Source: Octopus vulgaris (taxonomy: Eukaryota). Taken from it: 64,000 bases of DNA. This document shows positions 40,701 to 53,480 of the stretch, one piece after another. The position numbers and the translations under genes are program-made. Position 1 is the stretch's first letter; each line of letters begins with the position of its first letter. Location of the stretch: contig OX597830.1 in the NCBI GenBank assembly GCA_951406725.2, forward strand, positions 38,626,001 to 38,690,000. The letters are read 5' to 3'. The notes under the pieces are model-generated. The model ran no database searches, was not told the DNA's origin, and saw only the letters and a program-made list of their open reading frames with translations.

Positions 40701-40894
40701 TATATGTATATGTGTGTGTGTACATATACATATACATGTATATGTAGTGAGAATTTACTAAAAGAACAACATACGAAGACGGATGTGTATACAACAAACA
40801 GATGTATTAGTTTAACGCTAGGAAAGTGAGAAGGTCTTTTACGTTTCAAGCTTACGCTCTTCTACAAAAAGAGACACAGAAATAAACATGGAGA

Positions 40895-40949
<55 letters not shown>

Positions 40950-43900
40950 GTGTATATGTGTGTGTGTATGAGTGTGTGTGTGTACATATATATTTATATA
41001 ATGCTGTCGCAACTATATTTACTAAGTATACCGAGCTGTTAAGCTGTTTTAGTCACCAACGAACCAAGATGATGCACGTTATACTAGATCCGTGTCTGAC
41101 CTTTCAAAGGATAAATAAACTTATTGTTAGGCAGCCAGTATCTTACGACAAATAGCAAATATAATTTTATATTTAAGATGGTGAATTATCAGGCTGTAAG
41201 TTTACTCGAGACTTCTAATTCCAGTCAGAATATTTTTATAACGTACGCCTACATTTAGTTCACCACTGTCATGTAGGTTATATTATAAGTGATTGTACGA
41301 AAGAAAAACATTATTATAATCTTTCTTATATATATCGTGGTTTTGATGACAATGGAACAAGTTACCTAGGAAGTAGACAGCCGTATACGTGTTGTATAAA
41401 CACCTTCTCTGTCACCTCTTGAAGATACATGTATATCTCAACAATATTTTATATTAAGTCGCTAGTGACTAGAACTATCGAAACAGCGAGATATTTGGTA
41501 TGTAAAAGAAGAAAATACAAACCTTTATAGATAATGGGCGCCAACTGAACAGATATACATTTCTTAGAAGGAATGACTGAAAATTTGATAGTAAATTAAT
41601 CGCAAATTTTTTCGTAAAGTTGTCCTACATTATTTTTCTATCATAAAAATATTTCCTTTATAACAGTAGATATCGCTACTATTTTTTTTAACTTCCTGGG
41701 TAGCATCGATAGAGCAATGTTAGCAAGGAAATTGCCACATATTGCAATTTCTTATTAAAAATATTAAAATAATCATGTTTCCGACGAGAAAGCTTTATCC
41801 CGGTCTCGCACGTTACCTTGCATAAAATAAGACGAAAATATGCAAAGCGCCACTCAGTTCCTTCTAAAAGGGAAAGATATATGTCTGAAAGTATTATAGA
41901 TCTCACTGAAAAGTCAGAACGTTATGCTAGGTATAACATAGTTGTGTGTACTCTGTCAATTATGACCTGCAGTTAAAGCAATACACCAAATGACGACACT
42001 CTAGACATAGGGATTAAAGACATGGATGATATTTTATTATTAGATTCCTTTATAGGTATAGCACTTCCATTTTGATAAAAATACGTGTAGTCAAGTAACG
42101 ATAGCAGTCTGCTACATTTTCTTACCGGACCAGAACGGTTAAAGCCAAATCGGATCTTATTCATATTTGAACAGAAATCGTGGAAAACCGTAACTAAATA
42201 CAGTACAGCATTTTCTCCGTCGCTTTGCGATTGCTGCTACTTCACTACTCAGTAGCAATTTATTGCTACAATGCAAGTAATTTAATTATTCAAGTCCACG
42301 TTCAGATATTAATTTGATACGCATTTACTGGTTTTTGTCTATTATTAATATCGTTATGAAATGATTAAATCTATCTGTCGCTCCATTGTTTATCTTATTT
42401 TTCTATGCAAATGTTATAGTTTTATTTTATTTAATGGAAAAAAGCCACAAAGAATATTACAATTATCAATAAAGATCAAACCAGTTTTTTAAGTATTAAT
42501 TCGTAATCACGATTAAAACGTATATTAATAAGTCTCAATTGAGCTAATTTCTATGTATGCCTGTATTTAGTAACGTCATAATCGTTCATTAGAGATTCCA
42601 TGGAGCTTTTCTTTTATTTATATCAGAAATCGAGTGGTAATAAAATAAGAGAACTGGGATTCAGATACGTCCGATAACTTTGCAAGATACAACGCAGCTG
42701 TGTTCGATTTTGTCTTTGATTCATTTCATATACTAAAACTATTAACACTAAAGCAAGGAGGGGAGTTTTATTGTATTTACATTTCTACACAATATTTATA
42801 TTAAAAATTTATTGATGAAGGAGGAATTACGAGTATAATAGTAAGGAAATATGTATATCTCGAGTTCGAATTAAGGTGAGATACATGTTGCCTTCCTTTG
42901 TTCCTGTGCCACAAAATACGTACTAGTCAAAAAGTGAACTCAGTGCGTGACTGTTTACGTTCTAATTTCCCACCGTTATCAACATATGGCATTTGTTTTA
43001 ATAAAATGAATGGTAGAGTTCCCTTAAATCAGCTGTAGAATGATTGCATAAAGTTTACCAAATCAGCATATAAAAAGCGGTAGGTGGATATACACGCTGT
43101 CAGGCTCAAGATCTGGTTACCTTCAAGGAAAAAGATCATTATGATTTGTATCAAAATAGAACGTTTCAGAGGATCTGTCATGCTGAGACTTAGACTGAAA
43201 CCGATATAATTAATATCTACAATGTTTAGAAGATTACTACGTGTATTGCGAGATTACAACAAATGCTGTCCACGGTTGATAGGTTTGAATAGCTGGCAAG
43301 GACACCGAAAGATGCACCATAGAATAAGTACATATAAGCAAACAAGGACATAGCGGTTTACAGGATATATGAGAGATGTTCATATGAGATATGCATATCA
43401 GTATTTCAATATGAAATATCCCCATAGCAATTAATCTTAGACTTCTAAATATTAGGATGAAACTGCAGTGGCTCACCCACGTATTAAGGCTTCCTAATAC
43501 CTACGAAGCACTGATGTTCCACGAAGACTTCCCATAAGTCAGATTAGTATCCCAGGGCCTAACATGTGTCTCTCTAATCCGAAACAAAGAATGATATGGC
43601 TCCTTAAGGAAGAATGCAAAAATCCGATAAAATTGCATGGTAATAATGGTCCATAGGGGAAAGAGAGAGATGAAACAATAGATAGATAGAGGGAGAGGTG
43701 GAGGTGAATATAGAGAGAAAGAGAAAGAGAAAGAGAGAGAACTAAGGTTCGAAGGGGATTTAGGGAGAAGTATGTGTATGCATGTGTCTCTGTGTCTTCA
43801 GTAGTCTATATGCACGTTGTTCTGGCTAAATTTGATAGTGTGCCTTATACGAAAATAGATAATATGTCCCATCCAAAAACAAAAGTATTTAAAGTGTATA

Positions 43901-45302
43901 AATAACATGGCTGGAAGGTAATAGTTACTCAAAGTAGCAGCCCTCAACTTCCACCTTGGCTTCAGAAACTTACGCATTCGTCCCATTTGTGGCCCTGGGA
44001 AGACTATCGAAAACTTCATTGATTCTGACCATCGCGGACTTGAATTGAATCAGAGGTCCTGTTCATCCGCTGTTGGTTGAATCCCGGCGTGAGATAACAG
44101 TTGACCATGTTATGCCTTACAGCCTTTACAGTGTTCACAGAGCATTGAGTAGCAGTCATCTTGTCTACATGTTGATCCCGGTGAGAATCATCATAATACA
44201 GGCAATTCTTTTCCAATATTCAGTTAGCTTTCAGTCCGCCATGTCCGCTAAATTTTTATCAACCATAACATTAAACTTTATGCTCTTCAACGCCGTTGAT
44301 TGTTTACCAATATATCAAGATATTTCTGAATAAGAAAGGAGAAACAAAACCATGTCAAATTTACCATGAGCATACTGTATGTTGCATGCATTTATGTGCA
44401 TGTGGATTCGTAGAAGAGTCGAGACATAAAGTGCTTGCTTGTGTGAGGTTGAGTATAATATGAATTGACTCACGCGCAGTCCTACTACAAATCCCAGATC
44501 CACAAATAATTTCTGCTTCCAAAAATTGGTTCATGAAAATTGTGCGAAATCCCATTTTATATATGCATATACATGTATGCATGATAGGTAGCGATATCCC
44601 ATCTCTCCAGTTTCATCAAAGTAACCAAGCTGCACTAATTTCGATATTACCGTCTTCTCCTCTCGCCGCAACAATTATGGTTAATATCATTTGCATAAAT
44701 TGTAATAGTAGTAACAGTACTACTATTAACAACAGTATTAGTAATTGTTGGTGTTACTGTCGGACTAAACCTTATAGATCCTATTTACTGTAAAATGTTA
44801 TAATTTTCAGCTGATTTCAAATTCTTAACGAGTCTACGTTAGCTCTCTAATCTCAACGGTCTTGTATTTAGATACATTTCACGTTTTAAGTAAAAATTAG
44901 AATCTTGACAGAATTATTTTGGCTTCTAATCCCTCCCTCTCTTTACCTTGAGGATAAATACTAGGACATACTGAAATCGGTCATACTGCCATCTTTTACA
45001 CAAACATTTGCCGCCGCGCTTAAGTTAGAAATCAATCGTTAGTATTTGGTGGTGTTACTATTTTCTTCTAAACTTTTTGGTTGTAAGATATAATACACAT
45101 ATGTACGTGGTTGTGGGTGTGTGTATCTGTGTGTACCTGTGTCCCGACACGCTGTTCAAATCTAGCTTTATACATGTTTATGTCATTACTTCTGATTTCA
45201 TAAAATATGTTGTATTAGATGTGTAACTACCTCCGCCGGTTCTGCAAATGTAATTGGCGTAGCTCTTGTTCCTGCGTATCAATAGCACAATATTTTACCA
45301 TA

Positions 45303-45716
45303 GCGCAGGAGTGGCTGTGTGGTAAGTAGCTTGCTAACCAACCACATGGTTCCGGGTTCAGTCCCACTGCGTGGCAACTTGGACAAGTGTCTTCTGCTAT
45401 AGCCCCGGGCTGACCAATGCCTTGTGAGTGGATTTGGTAGACGGAAACTGAAAGAAGCCTGTCGTATATATGTATATATATATATATGTATGTGTGTGTG
45501 TTTGTGTGTCTGTGTTTGTCCCCCTAGCATTGCTTGACAACCGATGCTGGTGTGTTTACGTCCCCGTCACTTAGCGGTTCGGCAAAAGAGACCGATAGAA
45601 TAAGTACTGGGCTTACAAAGAATAAGTCCCGGTGTCGATTTTCTCGACTAAAGGCGGTGCTCCAGCATGGCCGCAGTCAAATGACTGAAACAAGTAAAAG
45701 AGAGTAAAAGAGAGTA
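45303..45716 (+). mobile_element. Full-length tRNA-derived SINE, family A (reference copy)
   Basis: Pol III A/B boxes, ttggacaagtgtcttct core, internal (TA)(TG) run, tail gaaacaagtaaaagagagtaaaagagag. Confidence 0.9.
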
Positions 45717-47454
45717 TAGCAAATAGAAGCAAAGTGAATATTCATCAAATATTTTCTTTAAACATATACATCATGTCAGTCTATAAAAAATGACATGCGA
45801 TTATTTGAAGATTATTCATTGATGTGAAAAATCAATATTATCATGATAACGATAAAGTTTGTAATAGATTCGCATGAAATTATTAGTTTTTACGGAAGAT
45901 GAGACTAACTTCAAGAATCAGATTGGTAGAATGGACAACTGAAATATTTATTATAATTAGTATTGGTATTTTTCTCAGATGGTGGTATTCAGTGGACACA
46001 GCTAAATTGAACGATTTCGATTTCATAATGTGACAAATAAATACAATGCAGTTGACTGGATACAAAGCCTCGACGTTTCATTTAGTGGCTTGATATTCTC
46101 TAGGGTAGTACATTTACAATTCTGCTAATATTTCATAATAAAAGAAAAAAGAAACATTCGATTTTAGAAATTTGATCTCGTAAGATTAACTGACGAGATT
46201 AACAGTGGAAATTTGACAACTATTTAAACTAAATCGAATGCAATTCTCATAGCATGTTCACTTTGGAATTCTCATCTAAATTGCGTGAAACAATTTTCAA
46301 ACATTAATATCAACTTGTATGCCATACGATTATCATTTGTCTAATAAACATTTTAAATCTTTATTTGTGTTCAGAAATCAGTATAAGATTCTCTAGCAAC
46401 CAGTACTTTTTTCTAAACTTGATTGTGGCTGCTTTCACAAGTAGTTATTTTAACAATTATTTAATTTAATTTACATTCTTTTAATCATATTTTACAGCAT
46501 TAGATTTTCATTTGATACATAGATGACGTCGAAGAGTTAGCTTGATAGAGAATGCAAAAACTATTGACATTTTCTCTGACTATACTAGAAGTCTTGATCA
46601 TGAAATCTTCCATTTCTAAATAAATTTATTTCTCATTCAGTCAGTGTTGTGTCTAAAATACAATCAAGCACGATGTTATGTGCAGGCAGAGAATAGCACT
46701 GAAATCTATATGTACGAGCCATTATTATTATAAATCATCCTTAAACGTTGCTGATATGTATTAAAAATGCATTCTATTATATAGGCTAATCTTCTTTATA
46801 CGAAGGGCGTGGATTACTACATTTCAAATACTATTTGTGTTGACCGGATTTTCTAAAATCCTCCCATCACGAAAGAGCATACGCCTGTGTCATCTTAAAC
46901 AGGTCAAAATGGTAACATAATGGAAAACACAAATATTAATTCTACAGTAATTTCAACAATTTGAATATTAGCGATTGTGATTAAAAGCATATTTCAGTTG
47001 TTCATATATAGTTCACAACCCATACTTTATATGGAAACTGCATTAATACGCATGTTTCTTCTGACAGTCGATATATGAATATATATTCGTAAGAATCTTT
47101 GATTATATTTTAATGTGAAACTGAATGTTGAATATAACTGCAAATTCCATTCGGGAAAAAAAAATCTTGTAACAAGTAGATGTCTGTGTCTCCACGATGA
47201 ATCAACATTCCGTAAACAAATCAATCAAGTTCATGTAATTTTAAAACTATTAATGTTTTAAATTAATACTCATTAATGCACACATTTACTTATATATATC
47301 GGTGTTATATCCAAGATAATCCTTATTGGATTTATATAAAACAAACATACATAAACGATGACCAAATATAGCTCTTTATTATTCACAGTTATTGACAATT
47401 ATATGTAACTATACAAGTTTATATGGATGTTGTGCAACGAATACTTACACAATA

Positions 47455-47504
<50 letters not shown>

Positions 47505-47599
47505 ATACTTGTGTGTGTGTGTATACTTGTGTACGCCTGTGTATATGTGCCTGTATGTGTGTTGTGTATGTATATAATGATGGCAACTGGTTTAGACAC

Positions 47600-47772
47600 A
47601 AGGCCATTAGGTATCATTCAACGCCGTACACTTCACTGCTATTTATATTGTCGACCCTAAAAGAAGGGAAGTAAAGCTAATCTCAGCAGGATTCGAACGC
47701 AAAGACAAAAAGCCAGACAGATTCTGCTGAGCATTTTGTCTGTAGGCCTGAAAATTCTAACAGCACCCCGCC
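47600..47772 (-). mobile_element. Degraded SINE family B
   Basis: tcgaccctaaaagaagggaagtaaag..ctcagcaggattcgaac..gctgagcattttgtc. Confidence 0.55.
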
Positions 47773-48389
47773 GTAACAATATCCATAACAACAGCATGGC
47801 ATTACGGCGCTTTTATGCACAAGAAATTATGCAAGTTATTCCGATCCTCTTCATCCATTTTCAGCTGTGTTCGAAGACTGATAACAAAAGGATTGAAAAT
47901 TTCGTGCATGAAAGTTAATGTCGATTTCTTTTACGCATTTCTACTGGATATGGACAATCTACTATCGGCTTCTAAAAAAGTTATGCTATAACATACACCA
48001 AGAAAGAAAAAAAGCAACAGATCTAACTCTAGATATGCCATACGACAGATATGGATATTAGCTAAAATCAATTTTGTTTTAAGCTCCACCATGGAAATAG
48101 CACTACTGCATGCCTTCAACTTTTTTTAGCTGAAACAAACTTTACACAGTATTACTTAGAGCGTTATACACACACACACACACATGTATGTATTTATATA
48201 TATATATATCGAGTTCCACATACATATACGTATATTATATACATACATATGTATGAGTGTGTGTGTGTGTGTGTCTAAAATGATAACTACACAGCTTTAG
48301 TTTGCTAGGTGATAGAGAACAAATCATTGAATATAGACAAAATGGTAAAATAATGCACTCAAGTGTGTCACACTAAATCTACAAAATAT

Positions 48390-48584
48390 AGTCAGAAGGC
48401 AGGGAATTGTAGAGGAGAGTACTAGTCGACAATTCAAATAGTAGTTAATGTATTGAACCTGAAGGTGATGATAGGCGAAGTCCAAATCGACACAATTTGA
48501 AATCAGAACGTAGACGTACGTAGACGTACGGAATGCTGTTACGGGCTCTACCTAGGAGGCTAAGATTCTGCCGCCTCGCCGCCT
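48390..48584 (-). mobile_element. Degraded SINE family B
   Basis: gatgataggcgaagtc..aatttgaaatcagaacgtag..gattctgccgcctcgccgcctt. Confidence 0.6.
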
Positions 48585-48594
48585 TATAATTACC

Positions 48595-48595
<1 letters not shown>

Positions 48596-48686
<91 letters not shown>

Positions 48687-48808
48687 ATAATAATTATAAT
48701 AATAATAATTATTATTATAATAATAATAATGATAATAATAATAATAATTATTATTATTATTATTATGAGAAGGAAGACGACGACGAGGAAAGGAACAGTT
48801 AGTAGTAT

Positions 48809-48854
<46 letters not shown>

Positions 48855-48966
48855 GCTGCTGCTGGTGGCAGTGATGGTGCTGGTGGTGGTGGTAGTATAG
48901 TAGTAGTAGTAGTAGTAGTAGTAGGAGGAGGAGGAGGAGGAGGAGAAGGTGCAGGAGCAGGAGGAG
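48596..48966. repeat. Mosaic of triplet repeats (AAT)n/(ATT)n, (AGT)n, (GGT)n, (GGA)n
   Basis: Direct reading; source of the spurious poly-I/S/G/V ORFs. Confidence 0.9.
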
Positions 48967-49029
48967 TGAAAATGTCAGAATCGTTGGTCAGACAAAATGC
49001 TTTCAGAGTTTTCGTTCCACTTAATGTTC

Positions 49030-49330
49030 TGCTTTCCGCTTCTGTCTCTATCTTCAGGTCACTCCTCCTCATCCATAGACACTGGTCCTCTGTATCTGTC
49101 TTAGCGTCCACATCTCTTGCAAACAGACCCTACATTTTTTTCCTTCCATACATTTCCTATTTCTTTTTTGTTTATGTCCTGTTTAAATCTTTCTTTAGTT
49201 ACACGTTGTTCAGTTTTGATCTCGCCGGCCTTCTTCGTGTGTTCCAACAGTGGTGTGAAGGCATTTTTCATATACCACCCTAGGCCGTTTTCCTCTGCTT
49301 CGATACAGTCCTGGCTACTGATCACCTTTT
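49030..49330 (-). mobile_element. R4/Dong-clade LINE post-RT fragment
   Basis: ISSQDCIEAEENGLGWYMKN..LL..WKEK..DQCLWMRRSDLKIETEA. Confidence 0.7.
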
Positions 49331-50629
49331 CCTCTGAACAAGTACAGCCTATCGCTGTCACTCGTAGGGTGGAAGCTCAACATTGTTCTGGTCTTAGTAT
49401 CCATTTTCTTCATTTCCCTCTTTATTATTATTAGAAGACGCCTCCTTTCTTACATAAACCTTCTGGAATATTTTGGTTGCAATAGTATAACATTTTGAGA
49501 AGCAATGCATTTTTCTTATTGTGATTTTATAGACCGATGCTTTTGAGCTTTTCGCCAAAAATTATAATGTATTTTTCGTACTTAGGTGCCAGTAAATTTC
49601 GGAAATTGGGCCGGTTTTTTTGTATATAATTCCTTAATGATTACGAGCTGCAATATTAAATATAATCGACTATATTTGCTATTATGATCTGAATATGAAT
49701 GTCATATCATAAAATGAAACGTTAAAAATTGTATAGAAAATCAAACCCCTAAAACCCAATTATTCTATGTGAAATAACCACGTCAAACAAATCAACTTTC
49801 TACTTAAATATATTGAATATCCATTAGCTGTTAATGCTAGTTATATTCAAAGTAACGTCGAAACCATACAGGTGCTCATCTATTCAATTGACAGAATGCT
49901 AAATTTGCTGTCTTAATTAGGTGCAAGACCTCAAATATTCAGAAGGCAATTAATGCTATGTAACTTTTATAACTAACATTATCGCGGGTATTAATGTCAT
50001 AAATGAAATAAATTATCTTCCATCAATAATCGAAATAGTCTGTTTGATTTGACAGAATAAGATGTTATATCTTTGCACTTTGACATTAAACACGTATTCT
50101 TTAAATAGACATTTCATTTGACAAGATAGGAAAGTGTTTAAATATGCATAATATAAATGAGGTTCTGAGATGCCCATGTTTTTCTTGAGCGACTTATCGC
50201 TCTTCGTAAATGCAAACTGCAGCAATGCACATCAAACTTCTGACGTGATAGCCAGGTACTTTTAACTAACGAATTCCTTTATGAAGCCTATTTAACTCCA
50301 TCTTTCAATTATGGCACAAGACTAAAATAAACAGAAGAAAGAATAGACCCTTCTGGTTATCTGTGAAAACTAGAAAACAATCAGATACACGCTAGATCTA
50401 TACGGTATTTATCTTTCTTGACAAACAACAAGTACGGAATTGCAACTAGAGATTAGTAAATGATTGATTCCATGTTTTAGGTTCATAAATCTCAATTAAA
50501 CTTCTTATTCAATGCTACATTAACACACGAACAGACCCACACACTTAGTCGTAAATCTATCTGGCGGTCTCTCTCTCTCTCTCTCTTTCTCTCTCTTCTC
50601 TCTCTCTCTCTCTCTCTCTGTACACATAC

Positions 50630-50695
<66 letters not shown>

Positions 50696-50698
<3 letters not shown>

Positions 50699-51485
50699 AA
50701 ATAGCTATAACTCTTTGACTGCTATTTCTAAATTCGGTCTGTGGTAAGGCAATTCGTTGCTAAACCCTTTATTGCTTAGTATTACTTAAATTTTCCTCGA
50801 ATGAGGCTTTTACATGCCGAAGACTACTTGGTGTAATTGATAATTATTCCAAATTAATTAATTTCACCCTTCATTATTACGGATAACCATATTTTATCTC
50901 AGTAGATGACCATAGCATCTTGTTTTGGCTACACGCGGGAGGGAAGGGGCTGGTGACACAATCCTTTCATTCACACGTTGAGTTTGGTGATACTAGTTGC
51001 GGATTCTAGCTCGCTCTGATACTGAGTTGAGTTGGTGCCTTCTAGTATCTCAAAATTCAATATATAATCACTTATGATTATAGTATTCTACGCTGAAGAG
51101 AAAAGAAGTTTGGGTAACGTAGAATTATTTAATATTTAATTCTCATGCTTTCCTAAAAACTTGATTTCGAAACGTGCGTCCGTAGATAACTTAAAATTGT
51201 ATGATAGATTGCCGTCAATTCATTCTCTCTTACCTGTTTGTGTCTGCCTTCCAATTGCTGTGTTTTTTTTTTTTTACTGAGATCTCCTTTTTAGTAGAAG
51301 AAATAGCTATAACTCTTTGACTGCTATTTCTAAATTCGGTCTGTGGTAAGGCAATTCGTTGCTAAACCCTTTATTGCTTAGTATTACTTAAATTTTCCTC
51401 GAATGAGGCTTTTACATGCCGAAGACTACTTGGTGTAATTGATAATTATTCCAAATTAATTAATTTCACCCTTCATTATTACGGA

Positions 51486-51489
<4 letters not shown>
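50696..51489 (+). mobile_element. Retrozyme-like non-coding element: identical 192-bp direct repeats (50696-50887, 51298-51489) enclosing a hammerhead ribozyme, inserted in (TA)n
   Basis: Repeats identical by eye, period 602 bp; (TA)n abuts both ends; no ORF of 60 aa or more in the track; HHR at 51084-51188. Confidence 0.7.
51084..51188 (+). ncRNA. Type I hammerhead ribozyme motif
   Basis: Stem I tctacg(51087-92)/cgtaga(51181-86); core CTGAAGA 51093-99; stem II 51100-51168 (gaaa/tttc, aagttt/aaactt, agaatta/taattct); GAAAC 51169-73; loop gtgc; GTC with predicted cleavage after C51180. Confidence 0.8.
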
Positions 51490-51524
<35 letters not shown>

Positions 51525-51559
51525 TGAATTTCATTCGAGTATCATTTTGGGGGCTCAGC

Positions 51560-51900
51560 AGTAAAATACACAAAGTTTTGAATGTTTGGAAGAGCACTTT
51601 TTCTGAAATACCTTCAATGATGCTGCGATACCATCATAAATTAGCAATGCTGGTTTATCAAAACTGTTAAATAGAGTTTGGGACAGCGAGAGTAATTTTA
51701 TTGATATCAAATTTAATGTTTACAATGCGGCCATCCTTTAAATGGGCTACATGATATTGAAAACATAACAGCGCATACGTAACGTCATAAACAAGCTTGA
51801 TAAACGTGATAAACAAGCTGTGGACTTCCTTAGATATATCTTATGAATAAATCGACAGGATTCAGTTCCCGACACATATTCTCCGGAGTGCCCGTACACT
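51560..51900 (+). mobile_element. RTE-clade LINE RT C-terminal remnant
   Basis: KLLNRVWD..IKFNVYNAAIL..RHKQ(L)..FLRYIL*INRQDSV resembles the RTE/BovB KL..RVW..K..VY.A..CLR.IL.I.WQD.V pattern. Confidence 0.6.
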
Positions 51901-51931
51901 GACTGTCAATGTTAATATTCTGCAAATCAAA

Positions 51932-52130
51932 AGGCGGCGAACTGGGAGAATCGTTAGTACTCCGGGCAAAATGTTTAGCAGCATCTCGTCTATTTTACGT
52001 TCTGAGCTCAAATTATGTTGAGGTCGAATTTGCCTTTCATTCTTTCAGGCTGATAAAATAAGTACTATTTGGGGACTGGGGTCGATATAATCACACGAAA
52101 TTGCTGGTCTTATATCAAAATTTGTAACCA
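51932..52130 (+). mobile_element. SINE family B
   Basis: ggcggcgaactgggagaatcgttagtactccggg..gttctgagctcaaat..gaggtcgaatttgcctttcat..gataaaataagtac..ctggggtcgat. Confidence 0.8.
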
Positions 52131-53336
52131 ATATCCGCAATTGTAAGGTCATGGTGAAGTAGAGGAATGAACTTTCTTTTATGCAAATTGATCAATGACA
52201 CCAGTCTATCTGGCCTTCAGTTATCGATATTGTAGGTAATAGTCAAGAGTAGTCAATAGACAAGATTTGAGAAACAAAATTGTCAAAAGTCCAGTCCTGG
52301 CGTTTTATCTGCTGTATCCACATCCTGTCAAGACTTATTCGAAACAGTATTTAAAAACATACTCTTGAAAATACTTTTGACAGCACATGCATCACACAAA
52401 CGAGAAAGCATTTCATAATTTTAAAATTATTTATCAATCATTTCTTCCTGACAATTTCACTAGATTTATCGATCTGAAAATTATATTTACTCTGGTTAAT
52501 ACTTCCGGCTTCGACATTACTTTTATCTCAAAATGGAATCTTTTAAAAAATCAATCAACCTAGTACCTCGAACTTAATGGAAATAAAATGATGACGACAT
52601 CAATAATATTTTTATTGCACATCTTACTTCTATTTCCGCTTATAAAAATATGATTAAGCTAAATGAAATTTCAACATGCCATATGAAGTAATAAGTATGT
52701 TTATATTCCGATGCTACTTTAAACTTTTTTCTTGGCCAAGGCACTAAAGCAAGGAGTGACTAATAAATAATTATTTTGCAAAAAAAAACCAGATGTTTCT
52801 CATCGAATATCTTCTCCTATGTATGCGAGAACCAGGGCACCAGTATGGGGAATATTTTATTTTTCAGTAACTAGTACACAATTTCACAATGAAAACAGTT
52901 GCTGTGATAACGTGTTTATTCAGAGGAACCAGAATATTTATTAATTCTGGTAAATGACATGTCCAATTTCTGCTACCAGTTACGTTCATTACGTTATCGA
53001 TTTACTAATTAAATTAACATTAAGTCTTTTGCATTGATCTTTTTTCTTGTATCAAATCTAGTACTGAAAACCTAGCAACTACTCGTGACAGTAAAAGCCA
53101 TTTAAGCCCCACGACTGGACGGCTTAAAAGAATAAGAACAAGAAATCATAGACGCTGCTGTTCAATTGACGACACCGTAAAGTCAACACGGCTATGGTTA
53201 AAAGTTTGAAGCTATCAGTAAAAAAGAGTAGTCATTTGAAGATCGTCAAAAAGTGGAATAGAAAAAGATAAGTCTATAAAACGTGCATATAGACAATTGA
53301 TTTAATAAATTAATCCTAGATCTTTAACATCTTAAC

Positions 53337-53480
53337 ATTTTTCTCCGACTCCAGACCGTTTTCAACCCAATGATCATACAGCTTTCACAACTTGGTCATG
53401 CCTCCATTTATTATATTCCCCCGTGCCGCCGCCGCCGCCATCATCATCATCATCATCATCATCACCACCACCACCACCAC
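53337..53480 (-). repeat. Near-exact copy of 61078-61220 (Dong zinc-finger remnant plus flanking (GCC)(ATC)(ACC) repeats)
   Basis: About 100 bp identical by eye, including the junction into the microsatellite. Confidence 0.85.

Noticed and set aside
43488-43566. Faint resemblance of the minus strand to the 3' half of 5S rRNA
   Set aside because: Too divergent to support by eye
41160-43700. Repeat-poor stretch examined for host exons
   Set aside because: No ORF with recognisable protein similarity or convincing splice-bounded frame; short exons cannot be excluded without RNA-seq
44050-44600. Possible pogo/Tigger transposase relic on the minus strand (NMVNCY..GF)
   Set aside because: Only one weak motif; needs a profile search
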